Under the pieces are notes generated by a model. That model saw nothing but the letters and a program-made list of their open reading frames with translations. It searched no databases and was not told the DNA's origin. From the IMG/VR virus record IMGVR_UViG_3300006805_000023: 64,000 bases of DNA; one strand, 5' to 3'. Of the stretch, positions 1 through 9,629 are shown one piece after another. This DNA comes from a virus (lineage: Duplodnaviria > Caudoviricetes). The position numbers and the translations under genes are program-made. The stretch's first letter is position 1, and each line of letters begins with the position of its first letter.

Positions 1-593
1 ACGATGATCGAATTCGAGTTTGGGTTGATCAACCGGATGTCGTACTCATCCTCAGCGTCCAGAGTGAACGGAGGAAGCGACATGTCCTGGTTCATGAACT
101 TAGGAGCCTCGGTGAGGTCAACGATGGCGTTGGTGCCGAGGTTGTACAGGACTACCCTGGCTGTGGACACCGTGGCGTCACTCGATGAGGAGGACGAGGA
201 TGACCCCTCGGGGTCAATGAGGTGCAGGCTTAGGCCGACGCCGACGTAGCCCCAGCGCGAGATCCCAGCAACCGGGTTGATCCGGCCAAGGGAGATCCAG
301 TCGCCGCCCGGAAGGCGCAACGACGGCATGTTGTAGGTGACTCCCCCACGGTTCCCCAAAAAGGAGATCACGGAGCGCAGGCCGATCTCAAGGACCAAGT
401 CCCGCCTGAACAGATCTCCTTCAACCCTTTGGCGCGTGTAGGCATTGACCGGGTCTTCACCGGCGGTGACCTGCAGGGCAGCGTTCGGGTTGTTGTAGGG
501 GTCGCCAACCAAGGGGTTGACGCGTGACCAATAGCTGAGCCACAGGGCTGGTGCGTTGGTGTCGAGACGGTCGATGGGTACGGGAGAGGGCAT
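1..593 (-). CDS. Hypothetical protein, probably virion-associated; truncated at window edge
   Basis: Manual translation from ATG at 593 (MPSPVPIDRLDTNAPALW...) stays open to base 1; contains a Ser run (EGSSSSSSSDA); TACTTAT motif 5 nt upstream. Confidence 0.7.
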   Translation of the reverse strand, partial: MPSPVPIDRLDTNAPALWLSYWSRVNPLVGDPYNNPNAALQVTAGEDPVNAYTRQRVEGDLFRRDLVLEIGLRSVISFLGNRGGVTYNMPSLRLPGGDWISLGRINPVAGISRWGYVGVGLSLHLIDPEGSSSSSSSSDATVSTARVVLYNLGTNAIVDLTEAPKFMNQDMSLPPFTLDAEDEYDIRLINPNSNSII

Positions 594-636
594 GCTTTAT
601 AAGTAGTTATCGGTTCTCTCTAGGAGAACACACCCA

Positions 637-1038
637 ATGAAACTGCTATCCCTACTCGCCCTCGCTGTCATGTGCCTGACGTTCAACACGTCTTGCGCTA
701 CCAAACCCGACTCCGCCAGCCTGATCAGCGCGCTCACCCCCGCTACCATCGTCGTTGTCGCCAAGAAGCCGTCCTTGGTCGCCCCTCTCAAAGAGGTGGT
801 CGCCACGGTTCAAAAGGTGACTGCCTCCGGTACCGTCACCCCTGCAGACCTCATCGCCAACTTCACCGGAGTTCAGCGCAAGTATCCTGAGCTTCTCGTG
901 GTGATCGAGCTGGTCGGAGCCGCCTACCAGGTTGCTTACACGCCCGATGCCAACAACCTTGCCACGCTTGCCGCGATTGCCTCAGCCATCCAGAAGGGCC
1001 TGCCGCCTGACCCGGAGCCAGTCATACCGGCTCAGTAA
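637..1038 (+). CDS. Putative lipoprotein / membrane protein (133 aa)
   Basis: MK + hydrophobic stretch + lipobox-like TSC; AGGAG upstream; terminator follows. Confidence 0.6.
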   Translation: MKLLSLLALAVMCLTFNTSCATKPDSASLISALTPATIVVVAKKPSLVAPLKEVVATVQKVTASGTVTPADLIANFTGVQRKYPELLVVIELVGAAYQVAYTPDANNLATLAAIASAIQKGLPPDPEPVIPAQ

Positions 1039-1064
1039 GCGATCGTTCCAGTTTGAAGTCTGTC

Positions 1065-1093
1065 AAGGGGGAGTTTCACGACTCCCCCTTTTT
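1065..1093 (+). terminator. Rho-independent terminator
   Basis: 10-bp stem AAGGGGGAGT/ACTCCCCCTT, loop TTCACG, T-run. Confidence 0.85.
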
Positions 1094-1129
1094 GTGTCTA
1101 TGTGATTTCTGAGTGGTTGCCACACCTCC

Positions 1130-4100
1130 ATGGTTCAACCCCCAGACAAGCATCACGACCTCCGCACTTACCTCCTAGACCAGGGTATCGAGGAAGCCAA
1201 GTACTGCTCTCCTGAAGAGCTGGAGCTGCTCGACACGATGCTCCACGAGATGGCTGAGGACGGCAACAGTTCCACCTACGACAGAATGATCGAGGAGGAC
1301 TATTCGCGACCTCCTCCAGACATCCAGGAGTTTGTGGAGAGCAACCAGTACCTTGGTGAGGTGTGCCGAGGCACCGACGAGGCTCCCGGCTTGTTTCCGA
1401 AGTGGCGCGAGGTGCTCTACGAGATGTTCGACGGCTCGTCCAAGTATAAGCAGCTGATTCTGGCTGGTGGGATCGGTCTGGGCAAGTCGGAAATAGCTGG
1501 AACTCCTATTCCCGTTGACGGTAAGGGCACGGTCCCGATCGAAAAAGTGCAGGTCGGTGATGTGGTACGTGGCTTGTCTGGGCTGCGCAAGGTCACAGCC
1601 ACCCACGATGAGGGTGAGCTAGAGACCCTCAGGATTAGGACCAGGCTCAACCACCAGATTGAGTGCGGCTACGAGCGCCACAGGCTCCTAGTAATGGATT
1701 GCGCCGCTCTTACCGAAAAGTGGCAGTTTGTAAACTCGTTTGCTGGGGGCGAGGTAGTCTTGCTTTATCCAGGCAACACCTTCGGCCCTAACGAATTATC
1801 TGATCTTGACGCTTTCCTCCTCGGTCTTCAAATAGCTGAAGGTGTGCGCCAGAAGAAGGTCCGTAGGTGCTTTTATTTGTCGGTGCACCGGGATGAAGCT
1901 ATCTTCTTAACCGAGACCTTCCATTTCATACACAAAGTGCCGTCTCATGCGAGACCGAACAGCAATCTGCTAAGGGTTGACAGGTACTCAGACCTACACC
2001 GTGAGGTATCACACCAACTCTGCATCGACAAAGTAGTGCCTGACTTCATCAAAGGAGCCACTCGGCGCACTATCTGCCAGTTCCTGCGTGGTTGTTTCAG
2101 CGGAGACGGGACGGCCTTTGCGCAGAGTGTCGGATACTCGACCGCGAGCAGGCAGCTTGCGGTCGATATTCAGGAGCTACTTCTGCGTCTCGGCATGCTG
2201 ACCCGATTTGAGGAGCGTGACAGCTACAACGCTGCCAGCGGCAGGCAGGGTGCTGGCTCCAATCAGCTCTGGTTACACGGCGAAGTTTCCAAGGCGCGCT
2301 TTGTCGCAGAAATCGGCTTCTTTTACCCAGAGAAGCAAGCTGCGGCTATCCTCGCGCTTAACGGGGACAGCCGCCACAACGAGCACAAGTACGGCTTCAA
2401 GATCCCACGTGCCACCGTCGATGTCCTGATCTCGCAGCAGCCTCCCGGAACAACCGGGAAGAAACACCCTGACTACGAAAAATCGCCGAGGCGTCTGCTC
2501 AAGCGGTTGCGTTCCCAGAAGTGTACTACCAGGCTCCTACGGGAGGTCCTGGCAGCTGGTGGTGTGCTCCCGAAGCTGCTCCAGCAAGTTGCCATGGGCG
2601 AGGTCTTTTTCGACCAAATCGAGTCAGTGGAACGAAACCGGGCTCACTGTTACGACTTATCTGTCGAAACGGTCGAAGACCCGTCGTTCATCTCGGCTGG
2701 CTTTATGAGCCACAACAGCTTCATTGGCTCCATCGTGGTCCTCTACAAGCTGTGCTGTGCCTTGTGCCTGCGTCACCCGCTGTCCTACTACGGGATGTCC
2801 AAGGTGACGTCCATCAACTTCAGCTACTTCTCGATCACGCAGGCCCAGGTCAAGGGTGGTACCTTCGCGGACACCATCAACATGCTAACGGAGTCCCCGT
2901 TCTTCACGGAGAACATCAAGAATCCGAGCAGCTCCCGCAAGTACTCCAGCCGCAGCATCGGGTTTAGCCGAAACCTGCGCATTGAAGCTGGTTCCCGAAT
3001 CTACGAAGCCCTCGGTCGTAACACTCTAGTGGCTCTGGTCGATGAAATCAACTTTCGACTGGAGCGCGACGCAGCCGTGGCGGCAGCCGATTTGTTCAAC
3101 GCCATTGAAAAGCGCTATAAGTCCCGTTTCCGTCACACCAAGGATGGCATGATCATCCTGATCTCATCCGCGAAGGCCGAGAACGACTTCTTGTCCTCCC
3201 ACATCCGCAAGTCCCGCCACGACCCCACGGTCAAGATCTGCGAGTTTCCATGGTGGGAGGTGGTCGGACCGTGCCGCATGAAGTACTCAGGCCAAAAATT
3301 CTGGGTGGACATCGGGGACAACATCAGCCCAGCCGCGATCCTGCAGCCAGGCCAGGAGAAGAACCTCGCAGCCAGCCGCCTCATCCACGTGCCAGAAGAG
3401 CACCGGGAAGACTTCGAGGGAGCTGGCGGGATCGACCGTGCCATCCGCGACGTCGCCGGTGTAGCTACGGGACGTGTTGCCAAGCTGTTCCCGAACATGA
3501 TGCCGCTCATCAACTGCATCCGGGACGGCCTGCACAACCCGTTCAAGGCCGACGTTCTACCATTGTCTCTGACCTCCCTGCACCAGTTGGCCGACTGCCT
3601 CAAAACCGGCGGTCACGGCAACCAGGCAGGGGAGCAGCTGGTGCAGTTCAGGCATGGCAAGCTGCAGCCTCTACGTCACCCGACGATGCCACGCTTCCTG
3701 CACATCGACATCAGCTCGGGCGCTCAGGACAACTGCGGGATTGCAATGGTCCACCCGTTTGCCACTTCTAAGGTCGAGCGCACCTCGATGCACAACCAGA
3801 TGCGCGAAATGCTGGTGCAGCCTCTGATTGAGATCGACTTCGCGATCGGGCTCAAGCGTGAGACTCCGTCGGACCCGCTCGACTTCGGCAAGATCCGAGC
3901 TTTCATCCTGTGGCTGCGCGCCTGCGGCTTCGACATTCGAAGGATCACCTGCGACTTGCGCTCCATGTCTCAGGAAATGCGCAACATCCTCACCAAGATG
4001 GGGTTCAGGGCCGAGTACCTGTCGTGCGACAAGACCAAGGCACCCTATGAGTCGCTCCGGATCGCGGTCTTGGAAGGACGCCTCCACACCGGAGATCTGC

Positions 4101-4411
4101 CCTGCTTCTTGATGGAGATGTCCAATCTGGAGGACACTGAGGACAAGGTTGACCATCCCGCCAACTTCACGGTTGAATGGAAGCCAGCGATACCGTTCGG
4201 GATGGTCCTAGGTGGTCCGGCATCTAAGGACATCGCGGACGCCGTGGCAGGTGCCTGTTACAACTGCGTGACCGACGTCGAGGGCATGGTCGGTCTCAGC
4301 CTCCCGGATTCTCACACCGAGTACATGGAGAAGCTGCTCACAGCCTTCCCCAACCCGCTCAAAGACACCTTCGAGCTTCCGCATGAGTCAGACATCCAGG
4401 TGTTTGACTAG
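1130..4411 (+). CDS. terL: Terminase large subunit containing an intein
   Basis: Walker A GGIGLGK(S), Walker B LVDE, nuclease motifs LHIDISSG and DIADAVAG; N-terminal PxIxEF..YLG pattern. Confidence 0.85.
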   Translation: MVQPPDKHHDLRTYLLDQGIEEAKYCSPEELELLDTMLHEMAEDGNSSTYDRMIEEDYSRPPPDIQEFVESNQYLGEVCRGTDEAPGLFPKWREVLYEMFDGSSKYKQLILAGGIGLGKSEIAGTPIPVDGKGTVPIEKVQVGDVVRGLSGLRKVTATHDEGELETLRIRTRLNHQIECGYERHRLLVMDCAALTEKWQFVNSFAGGEVVLLYPGNTFGPNELSDLDAFLLGLQIAEGVRQKKVRRCFYLSVHRDEAIFLTETFHFIHKVPSHARPNSNLLRVDRYSDLHREVSHQLCIDKVVPDFIKGATRRTICQFLRGCFSGDGTAFAQSVGYSTASRQLAVDIQELLLRLGMLTRFEERDSYNAASGRQGAGSNQLWLHGEVSKARFVAEIGFFYPEKQAAAILALNGDSRHNEHKYGFKIPRATVDVLISQQPPGTTGKKHPDYEKSPRRLLKRLRSQKCTTRLLREVLAAGGVLPKLLQQVAMGEVFFDQIESVERNRAHCYDLSVETVEDPSFISAGFMSHNSFIGSIVVLYKLCCALCLRHPLSYYGMSKVTSINFSYFSITQAQVKGGTFADTINMLTESPFFTENIKNPSSSRKYSSRSIGFSRNLRIEAGSRIYEALGRNTLVALVDEINFRLERDAAVAAADLFNAIEKRYKSRFRHTKDGMIILISSAKAENDFLSSHIRKSRHDPTVKICEFPWWEVVGPCRMKYSGQKFWVDIGDNISPAAILQPGQEKNLAASRLIHVPEEHREDFEGAGGIDRAIRDVAGVATGRVAKLFPNMMPLINCIRDGLHNPFKADVLPLSLTSLHQLADCLKTGGHGNQAGEQLVQFRHGKLQPLRHPTMPRFLHIDISSGAQDNCGIAMVHPFATSKVERTSMHNQMREMLVQPLIEIDFAIGLKRETPSDPLDFGKIRAFILWLRACGFDIRRITCDLRSMSQEMRNILTKMGFRAEYLSCDKTKAPYESLRIAVLEGRLHTGDLPCFLMEMSNLEDTEDKVDHPANFTVEWKPAIPFGMVLGGPASKDIADAVAGACYNCVTDVEGMVGLSLPDSHTEYMEKLLTAFPNPLKDTFELPHESDIQVFD
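1487..2716 (+). mobile_element. Intein (410 aa) with LAGLIDADG homing endonuclease, inserted in the terminase P-loop
   Basis: Begins S-E-I-A-G-T-P after GK, ends HN followed by +1 Ser; LAGLIDADG-like blocks FLLGLQIAEG and FLRGCFSGDG; STASRQLAVDIQELLLRLG block; YDLSV block F. Confidence 0.9.
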
Positions 4412-4415
4412 GAAG

Positions 4416-4444
4416 TTGACCATCAGCCCGTCCACCAGTAAAGT
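4416..4444 (+). promoter_or_regulatory. Sigma70-like promoter
   Basis: TTGACC-17-TAAAGT, 7 nt before ATG at 4452. Confidence 0.5.
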
Positions 4445-4451
4445 TCCTGAC

Positions 4452-4745
4452 ATGGAGCCAGACCTAGACCACATCGCTGCGATCACGGAGCCAATCCTAG
4501 TAAAGGTCGTGTCGGTCGTAGCCGAGCAGTACCGCCTTGTCCTAAACGACATCCCGAAGCCACGCGTCAGGGAACTACAGCGCATGATCAGTCGCGCCGT
4601 GGCTGATAAGGACCTACTAGGGGCGGTGAACAACTCCACAACTGCTGCCATGGGCCTGGACGAGAACCTGATCGAGATGAAGCTCTACGGCATTGTGACG
4701 ACCACAATGCGCCGGTTTGTGATGAGGTTCTACATCAGCCAGTGA
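4452..4745 (+). CDS. Hypothetical protein
   Basis: ORF filling the gap between terL and the exonuclease; ATG after promoter. Confidence 0.55.
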   Translation: MEPDLDHIAAITEPILVKVVSVVAEQYRLVLNDIPKPRVRELQRMISRAVADKDLLGAVNNSTTAAMGLDENLIEMKLYGIVTTTMRRFVMRFYISQ

Positions 4746-4760
4746 TTTCTTGGCTCGACT

Positions 4761-5531
4761 ATGGATATTCTGCTGCTCGACGGGGACAACGTCTTCAGGC
4801 GTTTTTGGCACGCCAACCCACACACTGCGACAAGTAGCTGGCGCGGCCTGCTCGAAGGCTACCAGCGGCGTCTGTCGGTGCCGAAGTGCCATGTTGTCGT
4901 GGTGTTCGACGGAGAGGATACCAGAGACCACGGCGTTGAGGGCTACAAGGCTCAGCGTAAGGAGCCAGACCCGCAGATGGTGCAGGACATGCTCGAAGCC
5001 GAGCAGATTGCCAGGCCGTTTGCGCGAGTGATCAAGCAGGACGGCACTGAGGGAGACCAGGTTATGGCTGGTGTTGTCAGCTGGGCTCGCAAGAATGGTC
5101 ACAAGGTCTGGCTGGTGTCGTCCGACAAGGACATGTTGCAGCTCGTCACCGATAAGGACCCACCTGTGGTGGTGATCAGGCCGTCGATCGGTGGCTATCA
5201 GCACTATGCGGAAGCCACTGTGAACCGCTTCTTTGGGGTTAGGCCGGACCAAATCGCCTCATTCCTCACTTTGGTTGGCGACTCATCAGACAACCTCAAG
5301 GGAGTCAAGGGGATTGGCAGCAAAGGGGCTGAGTACCTGTTGTCCAAGTTCCGCAATCTGGCAGACATCTACTCCAGGCTTGATCAGGTCGATATCAAGT
5401 ACCGGCTCCTTCTGGAGGCTGCTCAAGATCTAGTGATCCCCACCTACAGGCTGGTGAAGCTGTCCCACCCCGACATCCCAATCGACACCCGGATACCGGT
5501 CGCTAAGAACCGGCTGTTTCGTCACGGTTGA
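4761..5531 (+). CDS. 5'-3' exonuclease / T4 RNase H-like flap nuclease
   Basis: LLDGDN, VVFDG, YKAQR, EGDQ, SSDKDMLQL, GDSSDNLKGVKGIG motifs. Confidence 0.9.
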   Translation: MDILLLDGDNVFRRFWHANPHTATSSWRGLLEGYQRRLSVPKCHVVVVFDGEDTRDHGVEGYKAQRKEPDPQMVQDMLEAEQIARPFARVIKQDGTEGDQVMAGVVSWARKNGHKVWLVSSDKDMLQLVTDKDPPVVVIRPSIGGYQHYAEATVNRFFGVRPDQIASFLTLVGDSSDNLKGVKGIGSKGAEYLLSKFRNLADIYSRLDQVDIKYRLLLEAAQDLVIPTYRLVKLSHPDIPIDTRIPVAKNRLFRHG

Positions 5532-6679
5532 TAGAACGGGTAGTCACAGGCGCGCTTGATCTTACGCCGACGCTCCGGCTTGCTGACTTGTGCAGCTTCT
5601 TGGTCGTAGGTGGCCTTATCGCTCTGCACTGTTACGTCGCCCTTTTTCTTGTCAAGGTGCAACAGACGCTTGGGGTTCAGCACAATATCCTGCTCGCTCT
5701 CGATCAGGACGTCCTTTTTGGAGGAGATCTCGATGTTCTCCACCGAGAACAGCTTGAGCTTCTTGTTCTTGCGGTCGAGCAGCACCGTCTGGTCGCCGTC
5801 TTTAGTGAACAGGAACACGCGCTGCTGAGTCTCGTTCACCGACACCCCGTAACCGTCCGGGGTTTGCATAGACACCTTGCCGGTCGCGTCATCCAAGACG
5901 ATCCTCTTACCGCCTGGAGTCCAGGCCTCGATGGAACCGGCGTCCACCACTCGAAGGAGGGCTCCCCGTGGCGAGGCAATCTCACACACGTTCCCGATGT
6001 CGTCAACCGTGATTTGCCAGTTACCGAAGGTATAGAGCTGCACTGCCAAATAGTCAGGGTCGGAGCTGAACGTGATGCCGCGTGCCTTGGCGGTTCCCTT
6101 TTTGGTTTGCTCCCCAATGGCAGCCTCCAAGGAGATCACGCCGCGTTCTGTGTTGAGCCAGAAGAAGTTGTCGTGGATGTCAGCCAGCACCAGGCGCTCG
6201 CGGTCCTTGCGGTCGTCCAGCTCCAGGCGTTTCTGCAGGGGCGACACCAGCACGAAGTTGTCCGGGGCGTCCTCGTCGCCACCGTCTGAATCGGACTCGC
6301 TCTTCAGATCGCCGTCCGACCGCTTCTTACCAAACAGGCTGGTCGGCCAGAACCGGTGCTTGTTGGCTCCCTTGCCGTCGATCATCGTGTCGGTGCCGGG
6401 GGCAGCTCCGAAGTACACCGGATACTCGTGATCACCGTCTTGGAACTCCACCCAGACGTCGGTGCCAACGACAGGCACCCACACCATACCGTGCTTCTTG
6501 CCGCACTCCTTACGGGGTTGCGCCCACGGCAGCTTTTTGACCGGCGTATCCTGAGAGTGGATGCCATGGACTCTCACCCTCACACGGTACAAACGTTTAG
6601 GGTCCACCCTGGCTTCGACGCGTGCCCGGTAGAGGCCGTGATAGATGCCAGCCGAGTCTGGCTGTTCGAGAAACTTCAT
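5522..6679 (-). CDS. Baseplate hub / spike protein (gp5/VgrG-like OB fold plus beta-helix repeats)
   Basis: DPKRLYRVRVRV...LPWAQP...VPVVGTDVWVEFQDGD..YPVYFG; C-terminal short beta repeats. Confidence 0.8.
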   Translation of the reverse strand: MKFLEQPDSAGIYHGLYRARVEARVDPKRLYRVRVRVHGIHSQDTPVKKLPWAQPRKECGKKHGMVWVPVVGTDVWVEFQDGDHEYPVYFGAAPGTDTMIDGKGANKHRFWPTSLFGKKRSDGDLKSESDSDGGDEDAPDNFVLVSPLQKRLELDDRKDRERLVLADIHDNFFWLNTERGVISLEAAIGEQTKKGTAKARGITFSSDPDYLAVQLYTFGNWQITVDDIGNVCEIASPRGALLRVVDAGSIEAWTPGGKRIVLDDATGKVSMQTPDGYGVSVNETQQRVFLFTKDGDQTVLLDRKNKKLKLFSVENIEISSKKDVLIESEQDIVLNPKRLLHLDKKKGDVTVQSDKATYDQEAAQVSKPERRRKIKRACDYPFYQP

Positions 6680-6686
6680 CCGTGCG

Positions 6687-6693
6687 ATACTTA
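6687..6693 (-). promoter_or_regulatory. Putative late promoter motif TAAGTAT
   Basis: TAnnTAT 7 nt upstream of hub gene ATG; recurs before many virion genes. Confidence 0.6.
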
Positions 6694-6744
6694 GGGTTGG
6701 GAGGTGGGGTTGACGACGGCCAAAATCCGTGGAAGGTTACCTGC

Positions 6745-7125
6745 ATGCAAAAAACCCAACTCAAGCAATCTCCTGTTCTCAAGCCTGCGACTCACCTCTC
6801 ACACGTGCTGGCTTGGCGCGGCACTCCGGACCGTTTCAACTTCGGCTACGCTCAAGGTGCCACGATCACATGGTCCGCAGTTAAGGGCGTCTGGGAGTTC
6901 AACTCCTACCTCAACGGTGAGAAGGCTCGTGTCTCCTACATCGAAAAGGGCGACTTCGTGTGGGAGGCCAACACGCCTCCGAACTACTTCAAGGTGGTCA
7001 ATGCGTCCAACACCATTGGCCATATGAGAAGCCTCTACGCTGAGGACGGCAAGGTCTCGAAGTGGGATGGCGAGAAGCTGGTCCCGTCCACCCTTGCGGA
7101 ACTGCTCAAGGGTACTGAGCGTTAG
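6745..7125 (+). CDS. Hypothetical protein
   Basis: ATG at 6745, 6 nt after a weak TTGACG-17-AAGGTT promoter-like site. Confidence 0.55.
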   Translation: MQKTQLKQSPVLKPATHLSHVLAWRGTPDRFNFGYAQGATITWSAVKGVWEFNSYLNGEKARVSYIEKGDFVWEANTPPNYFKVVNASNTIGHMRSLYAEDGKVSKWDGEKLVPSTLAELLKGTER

Positions 7126-7203
7126 TCTGTTGCGTTGCGTTCTTGTTCTTCCTAGCCAAGTAAAAACCAAGCACAAGACCAAGTAAAACGCAAGCAACAA
7201 GAC
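7125..7203 (+). promoter_or_regulatory. Long imperfect hairpin with CAAG repeats in SSB leader
   Basis: TGTTGC/GCAACA, TTGCGTT/AACGCAA and GTC/GAC pairings; repeated CCAAGTAAAA and CAAGCA(A)CAAGAC. Confidence 0.5.
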
Positions 7204-7216
7204 AAACACCAAGCCC

Positions 7217-8344
7217 ATGAGTTCATTCCTTAAGACTGCTATCAAGACCTCGAAGCCGAAATCCAGCGACCGCTACAAGCTTCCAGACGATAAGAAAGAC
7301 CACATCGTCCGCATCATCCCCTTCGCCGAAGGGTGCTGGTCGTTCAAAATCATCCAGCACTGGGCTCCCGACCCGACCGGCGAAAGCCAGTTCGACAAGA
7401 GCTACATCTGCCCCCGCGACCAGCCCAAGGCTTACCTCCTGAAAGAGGGCCAAGACGAGCTTCCAACTTTCAACAAGGAGTGTCCCTTCGAGCTGCGCAT
7501 CGACGAGGCCGTCGGCGAAATGGAAGGGCTCGGCGGCAAGTCCGACGAAGCCTCCAAGAAGCGCCTCCGTTTCCTGCGCTCCCTGGAATGGGCTCTCAAA
7601 GGTCAGGAGTCCTACTACATGCAGATCCTGGACCGCGAAGACCCGTCTGGTGTCCGCGACTTCTACGCGCAGCCGAAGCTGCATGACGCCATCCTCTCCG
7701 CCTACACGGACTACGCCATTGAGGCGACCGGCGTGACGGACCGCGATGCTCTGATGGAACTCAGCGACGACGAGATCCCTGACCTGTTCGATGTCCTTAA
7801 GGGACATGATATCCTGTTGCGCAAAACCCCCAAATCCACTGGTCAGGGCCACGTGTTCCACGCGCAGATCGTTGTTGCTGAGTCTCCTCTCGCCAAGACC
7901 CCAGCCGAAGTTCGCCTGCTGCAAAAGCAGCTCAAGGACCCGGTTGCCATGGTCAAGGCGCAGATCGAGGAGCAGTCCTCCGACATCGACGCAGCTCTGG
8001 AAGCAGCCGAACAGCGCGTCAAGCTCAAGCAGAACTCCAGCAAGCCCATCAAGGGCGCTGAGGTCTCCGACGATGCCCTGTTCGAAGGCCGTGGCAAGCC
8101 CGGTGGTGCTGGTCCAGCATCCCGTCCGGCCCCACGCCAGAATCGTCGCAACACCGACGACGATCTCCCGCACCTCGACCCGGTTGATAACGGCTCCGAC
8201 GCCCCTGATTTCAACGCTGGCGATGCCGACGACGACGAAGCACAGTTCACTCAGCAGGCTCCGGTCACGCCGAAGTCTACCAGTGCCTCACGCCGTCCTG
8301 GCTCCAGGATCGCCGACCAGCTCGCCGATCTCGACGCCGAGTAA
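7217..8344 (+). CDS. Single-stranded DNA-binding protein (gp32-like)
   Basis: IVRIIP, HW..YICP..CP pattern, low-complexity acidic C-terminus ending LADLDAE; adjacent to recombinase. Confidence 0.65.
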   Translation: MSSFLKTAIKTSKPKSSDRYKLPDDKKDHIVRIIPFAEGCWSFKIIQHWAPDPTGESQFDKSYICPRDQPKAYLLKEGQDELPTFNKECPFELRIDEAVGEMEGLGGKSDEASKKRLRFLRSLEWALKGQESYYMQILDREDPSGVRDFYAQPKLHDAILSAYTDYAIEATGVTDRDALMELSDDEIPDLFDVLKGHDILLRKTPKSTGQGHVFHAQIVVAESPLAKTPAEVRLLQKQLKDPVAMVKAQIEEQSSDIDAALEAAEQRVKLKQNSSKPIKGAEVSDDALFEGRGKPGGAGPASRPAPRQNRRNTDDDLPHLDPVDNGSDAPDFNAGDADDDEAQFTQQAPVTPKSTSASRRPGSRIADQLADLDAE

Positions 8345-8382
8345 TCCAGGACCTCCAACCCACATACTAACAGGAGATCCAT

Positions 8383-9621
8383 ATGGGAGACGAAAATGAT
8401 GGCGCGGTGACAGTTATCCCCCCGAAGGGGCCGCAGCAAAAGCGTGAAATGGTCGTCAAAAAGAAGACGGCACCGGACCTTGACCTCGATAGCCTGCTCA
8501 CCACAGCATGCAAGGGCAAGACCGGCGAGGACGAATCGTTCAGTGCTGTTACGATGATCGACCTGATGGCTACGCCTGAGGTCTTCGGTACCGGCATCGA
8601 ACAGCTGGACCGGATGCTCGGTGGCGGTTTTCATTGGGGTCGCATGGCGGAGTTGTTCGGACCCAACAAGTCCGGCAAGACAGAGCTGGCCCGGTTTATC
8701 TCGGCGTCGATTCTGGAAGCCGACCCCGATGTCGAGGTCTGGTATTTCGATCAGGAGTTTGCCCTCAATCCGGCGATCCTCCACAAGTATCCGTCATTGA
8801 GTCTGCGCAACGCCGCTGGTAAGCTGCGTTTCCGCCCGATCTCAGTGTCGAGTCTTGAGGAGTACTTCAAGCTGATGTACAAGGCCCTGCGCATGCTCGG
8901 CACCATCAACGAGAAGGCCATCAAAGAAGGCACTCCAACCAAGAAGATCGTGTTCGTCCTCGACTCGGTGCCAGCCCTCAAGGCCAACGCATCGGTTGAG
9001 AACGAGGAATTCGAGAAAAGCTCCCTGTTGCCGGAGCCCCGCATCTGGTCGGACCAGACCTCCAAACTGCGGCAGTACCTGGCACACGTCGGAGCCTTCG
9101 CGATCATGGTCAACCAGATCCGTGACAAGCCAGGCACCCCGTCTTACGTCGATCCGGAGAGCCCAGGCGGTCAGGCCCTCAAATTCTACGCCGACTACCG
9201 CCTTTACCTGCGGACGTCGAGCAAGTTCAGTTTCTCCAAGGGACGCTCAGTCCCGACCCGGAAGCGCAGTTCGGGCTTCTTCTCCAAAATCACGGTTCGC
9301 AAGAACAAGACCGGTCTTCCCGACCGCGAAATGGAGATGGTCATCACGTTCACGGACGCTCTCGGCAAGAAGTCGGGGATCTCGCCGGAGTGGACCCTGT
9401 TCTACTCGCTGCTGGATGCCAAGATCATCAAGTCCGCCGGTGGCAAGTTCAGGATCGCTGGTCTTGAGGAGGGCTTCACCCGCCTTGACTGGGTCAACCT
9501 CTGCGACGACCTGCTCAAGGTGGATGGCTCGGCGCTCCGGGTCGCCCTCGACACTTGGGTCGAGCGTCAGCTGTCCAACGACTCTGGAAGCGCCGGTGGC
9601 GGCGAGGAAGAAGACGAGTAA
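8383..9621 (+). CDS. RecA/UvsX-like recombinase
   Basis: TGIEQLDRMLGGG, ELFGPNKSGKT Walker A, VLDSV Walker B, NQIRDK, PGGQALKFYADYRL. Confidence 0.92.
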   Translation: MGDENDGAVTVIPPKGPQQKREMVVKKKTAPDLDLDSLLTTACKGKTGEDESFSAVTMIDLMATPEVFGTGIEQLDRMLGGGFHWGRMAELFGPNKSGKTELARFISASILEADPDVEVWYFDQEFALNPAILHKYPSLSLRNAAGKLRFRPISVSSLEEYFKLMYKALRMLGTINEKAIKEGTPTKKIVFVLDSVPALKANASVENEEFEKSSLLPEPRIWSDQTSKLRQYLAHVGAFAIMVNQIRDKPGTPSYVDPESPGGQALKFYADYRLYLRTSSKFSFSKGRSVPTRKRSSGFFSKITVRKNKTGLPDREMEMVITFTDALGKKSGISPEWTLFYSLLDAKIIKSAGGKFRIAGLEEGFTRLDWVNLCDDLLKVDGSALRVALDTWVERQLSNDSGSAGGGEEEDE

Positions 9622-9629
9622 CTGTTACC

